Made by a program: the position numbers and the translations under genes
Notes under the pieces: generated by a model
The model's input: only the letters and a program-made list of their open reading frames with translations
Databases searched by the model: none
What the model was told of the DNA's origin: nothing
Part shown: positions 1 through 13,485 of the stretch, in pieces
How the letters are laid out: each line of letters begins with the position of its first letter
How positions within the stretch are numbered: the first letter of the stretch is position 1
Assembly (NCBI GenBank): GCA_028534125.1
Contig: CM052832.1
Coordinates: forward strand, 15,192,001-15,256,000
Length of the DNA stretch: 64,000 bases
Direction: 5' to 3'
DNA from: Lama glama
Taxonomy: Eukaryota

Positions 1-1101
1 TGCCGGCACAGGGACCTGAAGCAGCGAGGACCTGGCCCACCTTTCCTGGGCTGTCCGCACCTACCTTGGCCCTAGAGGGTAAGGACTGGGTGTCAGTCTG
101 ATTCTGGGAGAACAAACCAGAGGGACCTACAGAGAGGGGGTACAGAGAGGGTGAGATAACAGCTGGAGGACGAGGCACAAGGAAGGAGTGCAGGAAACAA
201 AGTGTTGAGACGGTGATGAGGGACCAAGGAGCGGGGAGGAGAGGTAGGATCTGAAGGGAAGGTGTAGAGCAGAAGAAAGAAGAGTCAGGGGTCTGAGGGG
301 CCCCTGGCCTCTACAGTGTGTGTGCAAATTAGGAAAAGGCGCCCTCTGCGGGTGGATGAATTGGGAAAAGGTGTAAATCTAGCGTCTGTGTGTGAAGAAA
401 AAGATACACTTCTTCCCAGAGGACTGGGCCCCAGGCCAAGTCACCCAGCTTGCGGAGCAAGGCATGGGCCTAACTGTTGCCCCCTCATTACCTGCCCAGC
501 TGTACCTGGCAGCCTGGCAGCCTGGCAGCCCATTCCTGAGCCCCTGGCGAGAGAAGAGGCTGAGAGAGGCAGGCCTGCCCCCAGGCCTGATCTCCGACCT
601 GGGGGCTGCTTTTGGTACACTCCAGTGCTCTGGCCCCAGCAGCTGGATTCTGACCGTGCAAGAGGCAATCCGTTTAATCATGTTGGCACGCAGACAAACA
701 GTTCTTACCACCTTCCAACTGAGGGCTCCAGGCTCACCAGGGAGCCCAGGCTCATTAGGAAAGCACCCAGCATGTTACCCCAGCCAGGCAGAGCCAGCAG
801 GAAACCACCCGTGGCAAGTTCCAGCCTGGTTGCCTATAGGGGTGACAGTCCAGACCTCCAGCCCCCACTTCTGGCATCAGTGACTGCTTCCCTCTCCCAG
901 AAGCCCAGAGGCAGGACCAGCATCCTGCTCAGCATCCCAAGCCCACCTGGGGCTCAACCTCTGTCCCCCTTTCTTTGTACACCAGCCAGTGGGGCCTCTC
1001 ACCATCCTGGGTGACTGGGGTCCTGTAGCTTTGATTCCTGACTGTGTTCTGTGGCTTTGGCACTTGGGAGGTGTCAGAGACTGAAGTGCAATTTGCATTT
1101 T

Positions 1102-1107
1102 AATAAA
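1102..1107 (+). terminator. Candidate polyadenylation signal of an unidentified upstream transcript
   Basis: AATAAA followed by a GT-rich tract (gttgtgttt); a donor-like GAGG|GTAAGG lies near position 79. No recognisable CDS. Confidence 0.25.
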
Positions 1108-1319
1108 GAAAGTTGTGTTTCAGTCATTTGCATTTAAATAAGGTGATGCTTCCTCCCTCCCTTTTCTTCCCCTGCTGGTGGTGGCACCTTTGGGAGAAGA
1201 AGGTGCCTCAGGCCTCTGGTTCCCCGCACACCCTCCCCAGCCAGCTTCAGGGGGGATGATGGGAACAGGGGGGATCCTCAACATCCCTTCTCTGTTACTC
1301 ATGCCCTCTCTGCAGAGCT

Positions 1320-1512
1320 TTCCGACACACATGCGCATGCGTGCATACACACGCCTGTACAAGGCATGTGCACCCACATACCTTGTGCCACTGAACACAT
1401 GCATGAACACAAGTGTCCATACACACACCACGCGCACATGCAAATGCATGCACGCTGGTCCATGTGTGAAGACATGCACACATATACACACATGTATAAG
1501 CACGCACGAACA
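1320..1512. repeat. Degenerate CA/CATG-rich low-complexity repeat
   Basis: Runs of acac/catg/gcac; explains the spurious C/V/H/T-rich ORFs here. Confidence 0.8.
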
Positions 1513-3559
1513 CCTAGCCACCAAAAGTGACAAGATGCCCTCATGCCTTGTGGCTCTAATCCCAGCTACCCAACCCTGGAAAGCCAGCCCTCAGAAACTT
1601 ATACCAGTACAGCAACACCCACAAACCCACCACATCTGATTGTCCCTGGGTCCTAACTCTGGACCTTATAAGTCAGGAGAGGCTAAGATGCCTGGAGGCC
1701 AAGTCTAGCAGGGGAGGGATGGCCAGTGGTGGGGCTCATGGGCCAGCATCACCCCAGGGTCCCTAGGAGCTACCTCCTCACCCTAGCTTTGCCACAAGCA
1801 CCTTTAGCTCCTGAGGGTGCAGATGCGCTGGCAGCTTCCTTCTTCCTTTGGCTTCCCGCGTGCCTCCCAAGCGGCTGCCAGCCGGCTTTTCCTGGCTGAA
1901 TCTCTGTCTTGTGAAGCAGCTACAGTTTCTTCAAGACACACATCCTCTTTCCTCTTCATGTGAGCCCTCCTCTTGTCCCCGCCTCCTGGCAGTGTTCTGG
2001 GAGGGGCACAGACTTCCTCATCTCCAGGACCAGACTTGATTCCTGGGGCAGGCTCACCCTGGCACAGGACCTATTCCTGGGCTTGTGAGGACTGACAAGT
2101 CCCAAAGTCAAATGCTAAGTGTGTGGTCAGGGTTCCATAAATGAAGGCTGGTACCACTGCAGAACCCTGAATGCATAGCTCCCCTCTGTGGGCATAGTGA
2201 TGGGGCCCCAGTACAACCTCAGAACCCACATGAGTCTAAGTGGATGCCCCATCACTCAGTCTAACATGAAGAATGGCAGCAGAAAGGCAGGCAAGACCTG
2301 GGCACTATGTCACCTTGCCCCGTGAGGCCTAGATTCCCCAGCTGTAAAATGGGTGCAAGGACATCCACTCAGTTCCCTCAAAGGGTAGTAGGTGGAGCCA
2401 ATGAGCAAAGCCTGCTCTTGTGCTGGGGAAGCTGTAAGGCAGAGCAAGAAGGTGGGCTGGGTCCACTTGAGGTCCAGGAGGGATGGGCCTCTTCTTGTAT
2501 GGAGGTCCCAGCCCAGAGCAACAGGTAGGAGACCCAGGCAGAGCCTGGGTTGGGGCACCAGTCATACTAGGGCCCTATTCGCTTGTGCCTACTCCACCCC
2601 TGAGAGCCCAGACACCACCTCTGTCCTCACGGCCAACCCCAGGAAGCCAATGGTACTGTCCCATTTACAGATGAACTATTCTGAAGCCAGGATCATCCCA
2701 CCACCTCAGATCTCTGGCAGGTTGTGGACACGGCTGGCACTTAGGCGGAGATGAGAGGAAGTGGTGGTGACAAATCATGTGAATGTTTGGACGTAGAGCA
2801 GGGAGCCTGGCAAGGGCAAGAGCCCCAAGGCAAGAGGACATTGGTCTGTTTAGGGACTAGGAGGCTGCTGTGAGGTGTGTCCTTGGCCCTCAGGGTGCTG
2901 GTGAGACTGCTTGTCTCTGGCTTCCTCATTCTTGTCCACACTCTGCCTTGAAAATGGCTCTCATTTTCTGTGTTGTGATGGGCAAAAAGTTGGGAAGCAG
3001 GGCCTCAGGTAAGAGGGCGCCCTAGGCAGCCAAGAGATGCCAGCCCTGGGCCTCCCTGAGCAGGAAGGACAAGGACGTTGGCCCCGGGATGCAGCCTCAG
3101 GGTAGGTAAGTCAGGGAGATCCAGACTGTGGGGCACAGGGGATGGAACTTGGCCAGTGGGGCCAAGTTTGCTCAGGGCCCTCAGGACCCCCTTCCTAATG
3201 GTTTGTCCCAGATGCCTTCCTGGCATGGCCTTCAGACCCACAAGTTAGGGTCTTGGAGGATTCCTCTTCTAGGAGCATGATTAGAATTCCCCCACATCCC
3301 CTATCTGAGCATGCGCAGGCATGACCCCCAGCCCAGCTATGATGGACAGTTCTCCTTGTTCTCAGCGCCTGCCCGTGGCCCAGCCCTGCCAGCCTGCCTG
3401 GAGTGAGGCTGCATCTCCTTAGAACTCCCTGGACCTCTGCAGGCGGAGAGCTCTATGGAATGCCTTTGCCTTCCTGGTTGAGAAGCTGGATCTCTGAGCA
3501 AAAGCCTAGAGCTGGGGAAGCCATGGCATTGACCAAAATATGTTATAACTTCTTGAGCA

Positions 3560-3745
3560 TTAGCCATGCACCAAGCTGTGCACAAGGCATACTATTTTGT
3601 CTTCACAACAACTGTATAAAGCAGGTATGACAGTGTCCATCTTACGGATGAGGAGACTGAGGCTCCGCCTGGTTCCACGACGCATTTAGCACATGGAGCT
3701 GGGTTTGCCCAGGGCAGTTTGATTCAGGCTCTGCTCTCACCACTA
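3560..3745 (-). mobile_element. MIR SINE
   Basis: MIR core 'ccatcttacggatgaggagactgaggctc' and 'ggagctgggtttgcccagggcagtttgattc'. Confidence 0.75.
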
Positions 3746-3809
3746 AATCTTGTTCACATCTGTCCTGGCTCCTTCCCTCCCTCTCCCCACCCTCCTCTCT
3801 TCCACCCAC

Positions 3810-3940
3810 TTTTTTGTTTCTTTGTTTCAGGAGGTAATTAAGTTTATTTATTTTAATGGAGGTACTGGGGATTGAACCCAGGACCTCGTACATGCTAAGC
3901 ATGTGCTCTGCTTGAGCTCTGCATGACCTATACCCTCCCC
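3810..3940 (-). mobile_element. tRNA-derived SINE, camelid Vic-1-like
   Basis: Reverse complement reads ggggagggtatagg...agctcaagcagagcacatgcttagcatgtacgaggtcctgggttcaatccccagtacctcca with a B box and A-rich tail; near-identical core at 20929-21074. Confidence 0.85.
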
Positions 3941-4005
3941 TCACCAACATTTATTTTGCTCCTACTTTGCATTGGGCCCTTTCTGCACAGAGTTCACATT
4001 CTAGA

Positions 4006-4520
4006 ACAGAGGCTCCTCATTGAAGCTATGCGTGGATGCCTCTGGCAGCTGGGGAAGGCTATAGACTCCTTCTCAGAAGAACATTTATAAATCCAGGCAA
4101 TACAATTTATAAGATTCAAGGGAAATCAATTATATTAAAATGCAGTTATCAAAATATTAAGAAAAAATTGCAATGGAGTAATACACGTGCTTCTTTATTA
4201 ATAATAATAAGATCGAGCAGTGGGTCTAATAAAACCACCATCATTTTGAAGTAGGGTTGAGCATAAATGATATTTCAAGATTTCTGCCACAATTATAATA
4301 CGATTTGAACTTACCTGCACATTCTATGTGTGACAGAGCCACAGGTTCTATGACAATTACTGTGGTTCGCGGCTGACACGCACAATGGAAGGAGGTGCTA
4401 AATTTTAATACACATGAGGGAAAATAAAGATGTGATTTTTTTTCCCCAATCCACAGTCACAGACCCCCAGAATTCCATCCAGGGGTCCTTGGGGATCTGT
4501 AGGCCCCAGGCTTTCCTTTT
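4006..4520 (+). mobile_element. hAT-Charlie DNA transposon (Charlie4a-like)
   Basis: 'ggcagctggggaaggctatagactccttctcagaa...ggaaatcaattatattaaaatgcagttatcaaaatatt...cacagacccc' follows the remembered Charlie4a consensus. Confidence 0.75.
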
Positions 4521-4529
4521 CTAGTAGCA

Positions 4530-5120
4530 GGAGACAAACAGGAAATGGATAAAGTAGCCAGAGGGCTGAAACACAGAGGAGACAAATGAGGAGGAGGCGG
4601 GGAGGGAGCTGAGTCACTGAGGGAACAGCTGCAGGGGGTGAGGGAGGGAGCCTGGGGGGTACCCGGGGAAGATGGGCAGCTTCAGGTAGGGGTAACAGGG
4701 AGGCTGGTGGGGGTGTCATAAAGGGGCTTCAGTGGGGAGAGAGCAGTGGCCATAGGGTTGCAGAGTTTCTAGCCATGCTGAAAATTTGGATTCATTCTGG
4801 AGATGGCAGGGCTGTGGGACCAGTGGAGACCAGAGAGCGTAGTGTCCCTCTGGCTGCTCTGGAGGACAGGCTGTGGGGCAGGGGGGCCAGTGAGGTGTCA
4901 GCTGCACTCCTCCAGGCTTGTCCAGGGCGACAGCAGGGTGGGGAGAAGTGGTCACATTTGGGGCACATTTTCAAGGTAGAGCCAGCAGGATTTCTGAGGT
5001 TGGAAGATACAGGATGAGAAAAAGAGAGGTGCTTGTGAATTCACCCAGCGGGCTGGTGCCCACATCAACCACTCTAGGGCCCTCGCCCTGCTGCTTGAGC
5101 CTGGATGGTGGAGTTCTGGG
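4530..5120 (-). mobile_element. L2 LINE 3' fragment
   Basis: 'gggcacattttcaaggtagagccagcaggatttctg', 'ggatggtggag' and the purine-rich antisense L2 pattern. Confidence 0.6.
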
Positions 5121-6049
5121 TCCGCCACCTGTCCCCGGTCTGACAAGGTGCCCTGCGGGAGCTGAGGCAGGAAGGGAGGCAGGGTCAAGGGGGGAGCACC
5201 CAACAGGGGCCAGATGGCAAAGTCACCGCTTGGTTTTACAAAGTGATCACTCTCTCTTTCCCATCAATCTGTATTGCCTTTTATACAAAGCCTTCAGGGA
5301 CAGCTTCCTGCTGCCTCTACATAGGACTGGCTCTGCTGAATTACTTGCTTTGTCAACACCCAGGGATCCCCTCTGACACTGGACGTTACTTACCTGCCCT
5401 GTTGACATGGGTGCCCTCTATTTACTCTCACTTCCCAGGCAGCTTAGGGCAACTCAAAACACATTTCCCCTCCCCCAGGGTCATTTCCACAGACAGCTGC
5501 AAGGCTAGTAGGCTTTTTCTCAAACTGAAAACACAAGCCACACTTAGTGGCTGCTAAGAAGATGTTGACTGAATGAATGAGGTGAAGAGGGATGAAGCGA
5601 GAAAGTCAACTTCTCAGCTCCCTCTGGGTCTGTTCTCTCTCATCTACCTTGAAGTCCCAGGACATCAGATGCCCCCACAGTCCCATGCGAGAGCAGGAGG
5701 CTGTCCTAGGTCCAGATGTTGAGGCTCAGCCACCATTTCGGATGGTCCATGCCCTGCCCGGAAACCGGAGGGAGGGAGGGGTGCTGCATCTCTCCTCATC
5801 CATGTCTGTTTGTCTTTCTGCATCCATACCCTGCCTCTCAGCCTCTGTCCCCCAGTGGCCATGCTTTGTGGCCACGTGATTCTCTGGTGAAACCAGGTCT
5901 GTACCCCATTTTTTGCCTTCCTGCCTCCACCAGAAAGGTTAGGTAGTGGGACTTTAGATTCCCTGCCCCCCAGTCCCCAGAAGGGGTCATATCCCAGGAA
6001 AGTTCTCTTTGGGATGCCCAGGGAGTCCCAAAGTTTCCTAAAGCCTAGA

Positions 6050-6335
6050 CTGGGGGCTGGCAAACTATGACCTGTGGCCCATCTGGCCCATCACCTGTTT
6101 TTGTACGGTCTGGGAACTAAGCATGGTTTTTCCATCTTTAAGTAAGTGAAAAAGAACCAAGACAAGAATGTTTTGTGATGTGTGAAAATTATTTGAAATT
6201 ACAATTTTATTGTAAGTAAAGTTTTATTGGCACACGGCCTCACTCAGTTGTTTACATATTGTTGACGCTGCCTCTGCACCTCAAGGTGGAATTGGGCGGC
6301 CGTGACACAAGTTGTGTGTGGCCTGTGGGGCCTAG
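6050..6335 (+). mobile_element. MER58B-like hAT-Charlie element
   Basis: 'ggcaaactatgacctgtggccc...cctgtttttgtacgg...taaagttttattggcacacggcc...tttacatattgt'. Confidence 0.85.
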
Positions 6336-9309
6336 ACCTGGGCTCGCGGCCAGGCCGCCCCGGATGGGCTGAGGGATGAGGTTACACGAGCACATGCCTT
6401 CACCCTTTGAGTTGTGTTTTCCCAACTTTACCTCAAACTTCCCACTAAGATTGGTTTAAAGATGTCACAGGATCAGTGGGGGCGGCATCTGGCACTAGTG
6501 GGCTTACTAATGCCAGAACCTTCTGGAAGCTCACACAGCAACCCTTGAAAGTTGTCCTTAAGAAGCAAGGCCACTCCCAGGCTGGTGAGGCACATTTCAT
6601 CCCGGAGAAGGCAAGGTGTGGGGACCTGGGGGTGGGGGCAGAGTCACACCGGCTTCCCCTAAGAGGTGCAGTGACTGGTGGAGGGGCCCTGGCCTTGGGC
6701 CGCAGAGGAGGCCCATCAGGTTCAGCTCTGCCTGGCCCAGGGGGGCGAGGCGGGGGCAGCAGGGTAAGGCTGTATGGTGCAATGAGCCCTGTGTAGGTGG
6801 TCCCTGAGGACTTGGGCAACCTCCTCACCTTTTCTGGGACTATGGTCTATTGGCATCGCTGGGGTGAACTTGTGGACCCCACCCCCAGATCTGAGCCTGG
6901 GCATCTCTCTGCCACCTCCCAGGCATGCATTATCCCTAACCACCTGCCCCATGGGCACGGCCCTCTGTGTACACCTGGGCCTGGGGGCCCATGAAGTGGC
7001 AGGGTTTGCCCAGGCTGGGGGATTGAGTCCTTCCTGCGCGCCTCCCACAGTGACTTTATTAATTGTTTCTATTGGAGTCTGTTAATTGGCAATAAGCGGC
7101 GTGCTGAAGTGTCTTTTAATCACCCCCCTCTCAGGCCCTAAGGCTGTGAAGGATTGGAGGATTCAATAAAGTGAGAAGGAATTAGCACCCTTATCCTCTT
7201 CATTATCACAGTTAGATAAACTGCCAACACCTGTCACACAAATAGAGCTGGAAAGAGAGCCTGCCCCTTGGGAACTTCCGTGGGTGAGGCGACAGGCTGG
7301 ACTACACTTGGCATTGCACACCCACTCCCCATCACATGCATGCACACACCGAGGTGCACACATATGCGCATACATACACACACAGAGGCACGCACAGGTG
7401 TGTACAGACCCAGACTCCCCTCCTGGGCTGGCCTAGAGCACACTCATTCATTCTATAGGCATTTGTGCAGCACCTACTGTATGCCAGGGGCAGTGATAAT
7501 AATCTGTCCCAGCCTTTGAGAAAACTGCTGTCCAGCAGGAAGACAGACCAGTCCAGACCTCCCTCTGGACTCTGGCGCTACACACTCTATAGATAGAATC
7601 CACATTCCCACTGGACGTGTCTGCTTGGAGAACCCTACACACGCCACGTGCCGCACATCCTAAATTGCCCACATCTGCCCTGCCCCTGCCATAGCCCACT
7701 GGCCCCTCCGTCATCTTCAACCCCTCCTCCCAGCCCCAAGCCCAGTCCTGTCAGGACCTCCTGTGTTCTGTCCTTCTCCCCGCAGCCATCTGGGCCACCA
7801 CGGCAGTTCTTCAGTGTTAGCGCCCTCACAGTGTTTCCCTCCCTCCAGGCCCGCCCTCTCCCCAGCCACCTGTGGCCCAGTGGGGGGCTTGTTCTAAACG
7901 CAGGTGAGTATGGAGCTGCGGTCTGGTGAGACTGCTCTGAACGCCTGGTACGTGGATGTCTCAAACAGGAGAGCCTGTGGTCTCAGCCTCCTGCAGTTGG
8001 AAGTGGAAATCCAGCGCCATCTTGGAGATGCCCTCAAGGGTGAACCGTCCAGAGAGAACACATTCCATCCTGCCCACTGCGGGTTAGATTCGGCTGAACC
8101 GTGCTGGGCTGTAGGGGATGGGAGGGGTGGAATGACTGACACCCTCATGACGTGAGGGGAAAATGTGAGGGCCTGGAGGAGCCCACTGGGGACAGCACCT
8201 GCCTTCCTGAGAGGCTTTCTCTGCCAAGGTGGAGTTCCTTGTCAGGAGCAGGGCTCAAGGAAGGAGGTAAGGCTCAATAAGGCCAGGGTGAACACACCTG
8301 TCCCTTGCTCCATGACTTTAATTTCTGAAAACCTTGCTCCTGGATGAAAACCATAAAATGAAAAAAATATTTTCATTAATTTTAATGGAAAAATGACAGC
8401 ACATACTATCCTCTGCCAAGACACCCAATTTCTCGCAGATAGAAAAACACAGCCATTGAACAAGGAAAACAAGTTTATGTAAGTAATAAACAATGACCTG
8501 CAATTAAATAATGTGGTTCGTAACTAAAATGTAATGTGATAAAGGTGTCTCTTTCCTGCAAAGGCGTCATGTAGTGCTTTGGGGGTATCAGGTTATCTTG
8601 CACTGGAAAATAGTGTTATAGCAGAGAAAAATAACTTCGGGGCAAAGTGAAGGCTTCCCAGAGAACACATTCAAACAAATAGACATGGCTCCTCGGGCAA
8701 CAGGAAAAGGCCCCCTCCCCCTGCACCACCCGGTGCATGATAACAAAACAGTCTGGTCCCTGCAGGATGGCACGGGACTCAGATGCATCCCACGGACAAT
8801 CTCTGCTTAGAGACGGCGGAGTCCAGTAAACACGCCAAATGTGTCTTTGTCTGAAACAGTAATGCAGAAATATCACTTTTTTGAGTATGTTTAATTAGTG
8901 GGTTTGAGGGTGGAATGTTTCTATAACAAAAGAGGGAGGTGTGAAAAGTGAAATAACTTTCAAGGCAGGGCAAAAAGGCTCCAAGCGCAGAGCTTGAGGC
9001 AAGTGCCTGTGTTTCCTCAGGACTCAGTTCCCAGTTTCCCAGCCTTGTTAGCAGAATTCAGGAGAAACAGCTGAAGTTGCAGCTCTGAGGTTTTCCCCAC
9101 TGCCCTCCACCCACGGGCCATGACTGCCCCTCACAGTCAGCAGAGGCCCCAGAGGAGGAAAAACCCCAGCAACATGGTTGGAGTCTGAGAATTTATAAGA
9201 TTCAGGCCAAAATACGGGACTATGATTCTGTATCCAAATCTGATTCCTTTCCCCTCCCTGGTTCCCTCTGTGAAGCCTGCTGCTTAACGAGCCTAGCGTT
9301 CATCCCCCC

Positions 9310-9845
9310 CCTTTATGGCAATAAAGCCCCCGAATTTCCTTTGGAGCATCAGCCCTCTCCCACTCTAGGTCATGCTACTTGGGTAGGATTGGCTGCCTTC
9401 AGCCCCAGGGGAGAGGCCTGGATGTCTGCTGCCAATCAGTGAAGCTCCCCATCCACAAGAATTGGTCCATGGATGGGCACATGACCCATTTCAGGCCAAC
9501 GAGACACAGAGTGTTGGAGGATTCTGGGAAAGGAGCCCCTCTGCTTTCAAGAGAGTTGCCTGCAGGGTTGTGCTCACTGCCGCCAGACTTGAAGGAGGAA
9601 GCAGAGTAGCACCAGGAATGCTGACAGCCATCCTGTGGGGGCCAGAGAGGGCCATGATAGGATAAGTTTGACACCACAGTAAGCAGAGAGGAGAGGCAGG
9701 AAGAAGGTCTCCAGTGATATTACTGGGCTGCTGGATCCAGCCTCAACTGAAGCAGTTAACTGCGTTTTTTAAAATTATGTGAGCCTTTCTGCTGTTTAAG
9801 TCAATGTTTTCTGTTACTTGCAACTAAAATATTCCTTTCTGATAT
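9310..9845 (+). mobile_element. MaLR LTR (MLT1K/J-like)
   Basis: 'ggatgggcacatgacccatttcaggccaa', 'gctgctggatccagcc', 3' end 'ttttctgttacttgcaactaaaa...ctgata'. Confidence 0.75.
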
Positions 9846-10479
9846 TCCTGGTGTCTGCACCCTAGAATATTGAGGGGCACTTTCATGTGGGAGAGAAAGG
9901 AGGGTGTTGGCACAGATTATGCACAGGGTTACTGAAGACGGAAGCTGCTGGGCAAGGGGGCCCAATGGCGTCTAGTTCAGGATGGACATCTCAGGCCGCT
10001 GACTGCTTGGTGACTCAGGGTTAGGTATTCAGTCTATAGAGCTGTGGAAAGAACTCACTTCCTCAAGGGAGAACAGCTACTTATTCAAAAGCTCCAGAGG
10101 CTCGTTTGGGGCTTTCCCTCTGGGGCTTGTTGCAGGTAAGCTCGTGCAGCATCGTGCTCTGTTCTGGACGCTCTGAGCACCACTGGCCAAGGGCTGAGGG
10201 TAGAGGGGCTTGCGGCACAGCTGGGGCCCTGCAGAGGCTCCGCTGCTTGGGGCTCCTCACAGCTTAATGCTTTCAGGTTGCTTAGAAAAGGCATCAGAAG
10301 TGTTGATCTCCAGGGTGCTTCCAAAATCCAAAGAAATCCACTGAGAGTTGTGCCTCCTTTTTAGAGGTAGAGGGTTCAAGTTGCAGCAGATTCTCTTTCA
10401 GTTTGAAGAGATTATTCCAACATGCTTTAGGCCATGGACCTGCAAGATCCTCACTCAGGTAGCAGGCCCTGAATTGTGT

Positions 10480-13400
10480 CCCAGCTTCCGTCACATGTGC
10501 ATCTTACTGGGACATCCAGGGCACTTGTGAACTTCCTTCTAGTCAGACACTATCAGGTTTTGCTATTGATACGCAGCACAAGCCCATTGGCAGGGGGATG
10601 CCAGTGGGATCGGGGGATGGTCCAGGGCTGTAGGATGAGCTAGAAAGCCAGCATCCCTGAGGCAGGGCAGTAACATTCTCCTACCATCCTGGTCAGGTGC
10701 AAGCAAAGAGCTTCTAGTGTTTTCTGTTTATCACATGGAGCACATTCCATTTTCCAGATCAGCAACTGAATACCAAGCCCCGGGGCTGAATTAATTTGCT
10801 CTACCAGGGAGACCACATCTGGAGGAGCAGCTGCAAACAGTCACCACCCGCTTCAGATTATAATGCACCATCGTTGCTGGCTAAGCCATTTTTCATACTG
10901 GCTGGTCTGTGTGATAGAATAGGGGTATGACCAGGGTTATCACAACTCCATCTTTCTGGTGTTTGATGGGGGCGCTCAGCTTTGCAGTCTCCTTGGGGTT
11001 GTAGTGTTACTTTAGCTGATGGTATTTGTAGGTATTGGGAGTGTAAATGGCTTCCTCCTGGCCTTTCCTATTGTAGCTGCCCTAGTCTTCTGGTCACGAA
11101 GCGGAGGTGGGTTTCCTGTTGCTCACAGGCACCTTGATTTCCTCTCAGGAACTTGGGGAGTAACTCCTGGAGGGGGTTGAGGTCCCACTAACCTAATGCA
11201 AGGTGAATTCAGGTAAGAACTGCATTATTCTTGAACTGCTGAAGCGCTGCTCCGACCTCCAGACCATGTGGTGTTCCTGCCCCCAGGAGTCAGAGTTAGC
11301 CAGATACACATCTAATCGTCTCCTCCAGTTTTCCTGTGCTTAGCAGTCCAGGGAAAGGACAGCAGCTTCCTCTGGGGGAGGCTGGTTGGAAGATTCATCA
11401 TGTCTTCTGTGTGGCAACAGGTCCTTGTTCAAAGGCACTGCTTACCCCTGCATTTGAGAGGCTCCGGGTCCACACCAGCCCTGGACTCGGAATCCTATCC
11501 CAGTTACTCAAGGGAATCCATGATTCACCAAATCTAGAGGATTTGGGTTGTAGACTCAAGTGAGGCCTCAGTGGGCTGCTCTCTCATTTCATCCTGAGGG
11601 ACCTTTGATTAATTTCCCATGTCCAGGGATCTCTGTCCCCGTGATTCCCTTAGCTCCGCCCCCCACCAGCCCTCTGCCTGTTAGGGGCTGGCCAAGCCCA
11701 CTATTTTTCACATGACTCTACCTGCACTGGGCCACCAAGCTCCTCCCATCCACTCTAAGATTAGGAATCCCATTGCAAGAGCAGCCCTTGTGCTGAAATT
11801 CTGGACTACAGAGAGGAAGTAGCTGAGCCTATTTAAAAGATGTGGGAGGTGACAGTTATGTGTAGCCGTGAAAATGCTCATCGCCTACTGCACATAATTG
11901 ACTGATAGCCCCCGCACTGAGTCCTCCACTGAATTTGTGTCAAGGCCACACTTCCCAGGCTGCACCCAGTCTGAGTGGGCCTGGCAGGGATACCAGGCAG
12001 CCCCCCACCCACCCCTGTCCTCTCATGGCAACTTTTGGCTCTAGGACTTCCCCGCAGCCTTGTTGACACTTTCTTCCAACTGCACTGCAGTCTGGGACTC
12101 TTCCTGCCCAGCCTCCCCCCCTTCCCTCTGTCCTTCCCTATGGTCAGACTTTGTAGTGATTGACGGCTCTACCCAACCCCTCCACCTCCCCAGTATTTTC
12201 CTTCACAGGCGTTTTCAATCCCATCTTGTTGTCTGCTTCCCAGAGGACTCGAACTCAGGCGTTTCATATCTTAAATTGGATAAGAGGTTCACAGATGTTT
12301 GTCACATTCTTCTTGATGCCTTTTGTATATGTGAAATACATTACTAATTTTTGATTAAAGAAAGACAAGGTGACGATTTTATCTCAATGTTAGCATCCTC
12401 GAGGGGAGCGGGAAGGGAGAGTGTCCTGGAGTTGATGTGGACTAACAGCTTCATTCAGTGTTCCCACCTCTGGTTGCTTTGCCTTCATTCCCCTAATTAT
12501 GCCAGGGATTTTCTCCTTTTTAGCCAATTAGTGCAGATCATCATTTGGTTCAGATCTGCATTAGTGACTTCTGCAAATGTCAGAACGTCTGCCAACTGCC
12601 TGAAAGAGCACCCTGAAAGCAGAATTTCTGGTGACGACACCCATATCAATAAACATAGCCCAGTCCAGCCTTGTATCCTCCCGGGCTTGATCGATGCATT
12701 CTCAAATCCTTCCCACACATCGTCCTCATACCTTAGACGGATAAGTGAGTGAATTCTTGCAGTTCTTTCTGGGTATAACTCTTCTCCTCCCCTGAATCTG
12801 CATTGTATCGTTGGGACCACGTGGAGTCTGGATTATGACTATTCCTGGGGGATCCGTGAAGGGTGGGTCAGGCTGGAACTCTCGGGTGGGACAGTGAGCT
12901 GCTTAAGCTGAGGATCCTGGTAATCCTCCCAGATATCACCACTCCCATAGGAGACTAACGTTTCCTGAGCAGGGCCCTCCCTTTCACAGAAGGGACATAG
13001 CGAGGGTGTGAATTCAACTGACACTGTAATTCAATAACTTCAAAATCAATCTCTAAGTTCAGTCTTCAGCAATTTCAACTCCGTGACTATATGCAATAAA
13101 AGATTTTTTCATATAATGGCCCTGAATTTTATTCTATGCCCTGAGGCGAACATTTTGATTTGAGCATGTCATTTTCTTGCTTTAAATTATCCAATGTTAG
13201 GAACAACCATCCAGCCTAGGGTCCCAGCCCTCTTCATCCTTTGTAAATTGCCCCATGGCAGCTGCTGGAGTCCCTCGCTTTCAGTTGGCACATGGTCCCA
13301 GGTGACTGGAGGGTGGAACATGATTAGCTGTTTACTACTATGTACCACTGGTAACTGCTTTTCTGTTAAACAATATGAACCAGAGCCTTACTGATTTTGG

Positions 13401-13485
13401 CCCCAGGGAGTTACAAAAACCAATTCCAGGTAGCTCACAGATCCCTAAGGGTTATGTCATGAATCTCACTCCTGGTACTAATTTC
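10480..13485 (-). mobile_element. Decayed ERVL internal region (gag and pol remnants)
   Basis: Minus strand 10872-10745 reads, with frameshifts, MVHYNLKRVVT-AAAPPDVVSLVEQINSAP-WYSVADLENG (ERVL RT: AAAVPDVVSLLEQINTSPGTWYAAIDLAN). About 12780-12610 reads YTQKELQEF...MFIDMGVVTRNSAFRV (ERVL gag: YTPKELLEF...FIDLGPLSRDSAFNV). PBS-like junction at 13466-13487. Confidence 0.85.
11859..12258 (+). mobile_element. LTR16A-like ERVL LTR nested in the provirus
   Basis: 'cataattgactgatagcccc', 'aggccacacttccc', 'actgcactgcagtctgggactcttcctgcccag', end 'cccatcttgttgtctgcttcccagaggactcgaact'. Confidence 0.75.

Noticed and set aside
316..1014. Overlapping 232-aa and 163-aa ORFs
   Set aside because: No ATG start, no recognisable domain or splice structure; consistent with chance frames in GC-rich DNA
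3842..3940. tRNA gene
   Set aside because: A tRNA-like head with an A-rich tail and a second copy flanked by a TSD indicate a SINE
6797..8040. Exon-like frames at about 6797-6863 and 7907-8039
   Set aside because: Plausible splice signals but no family similarity I can recognise and no supporting neighbours
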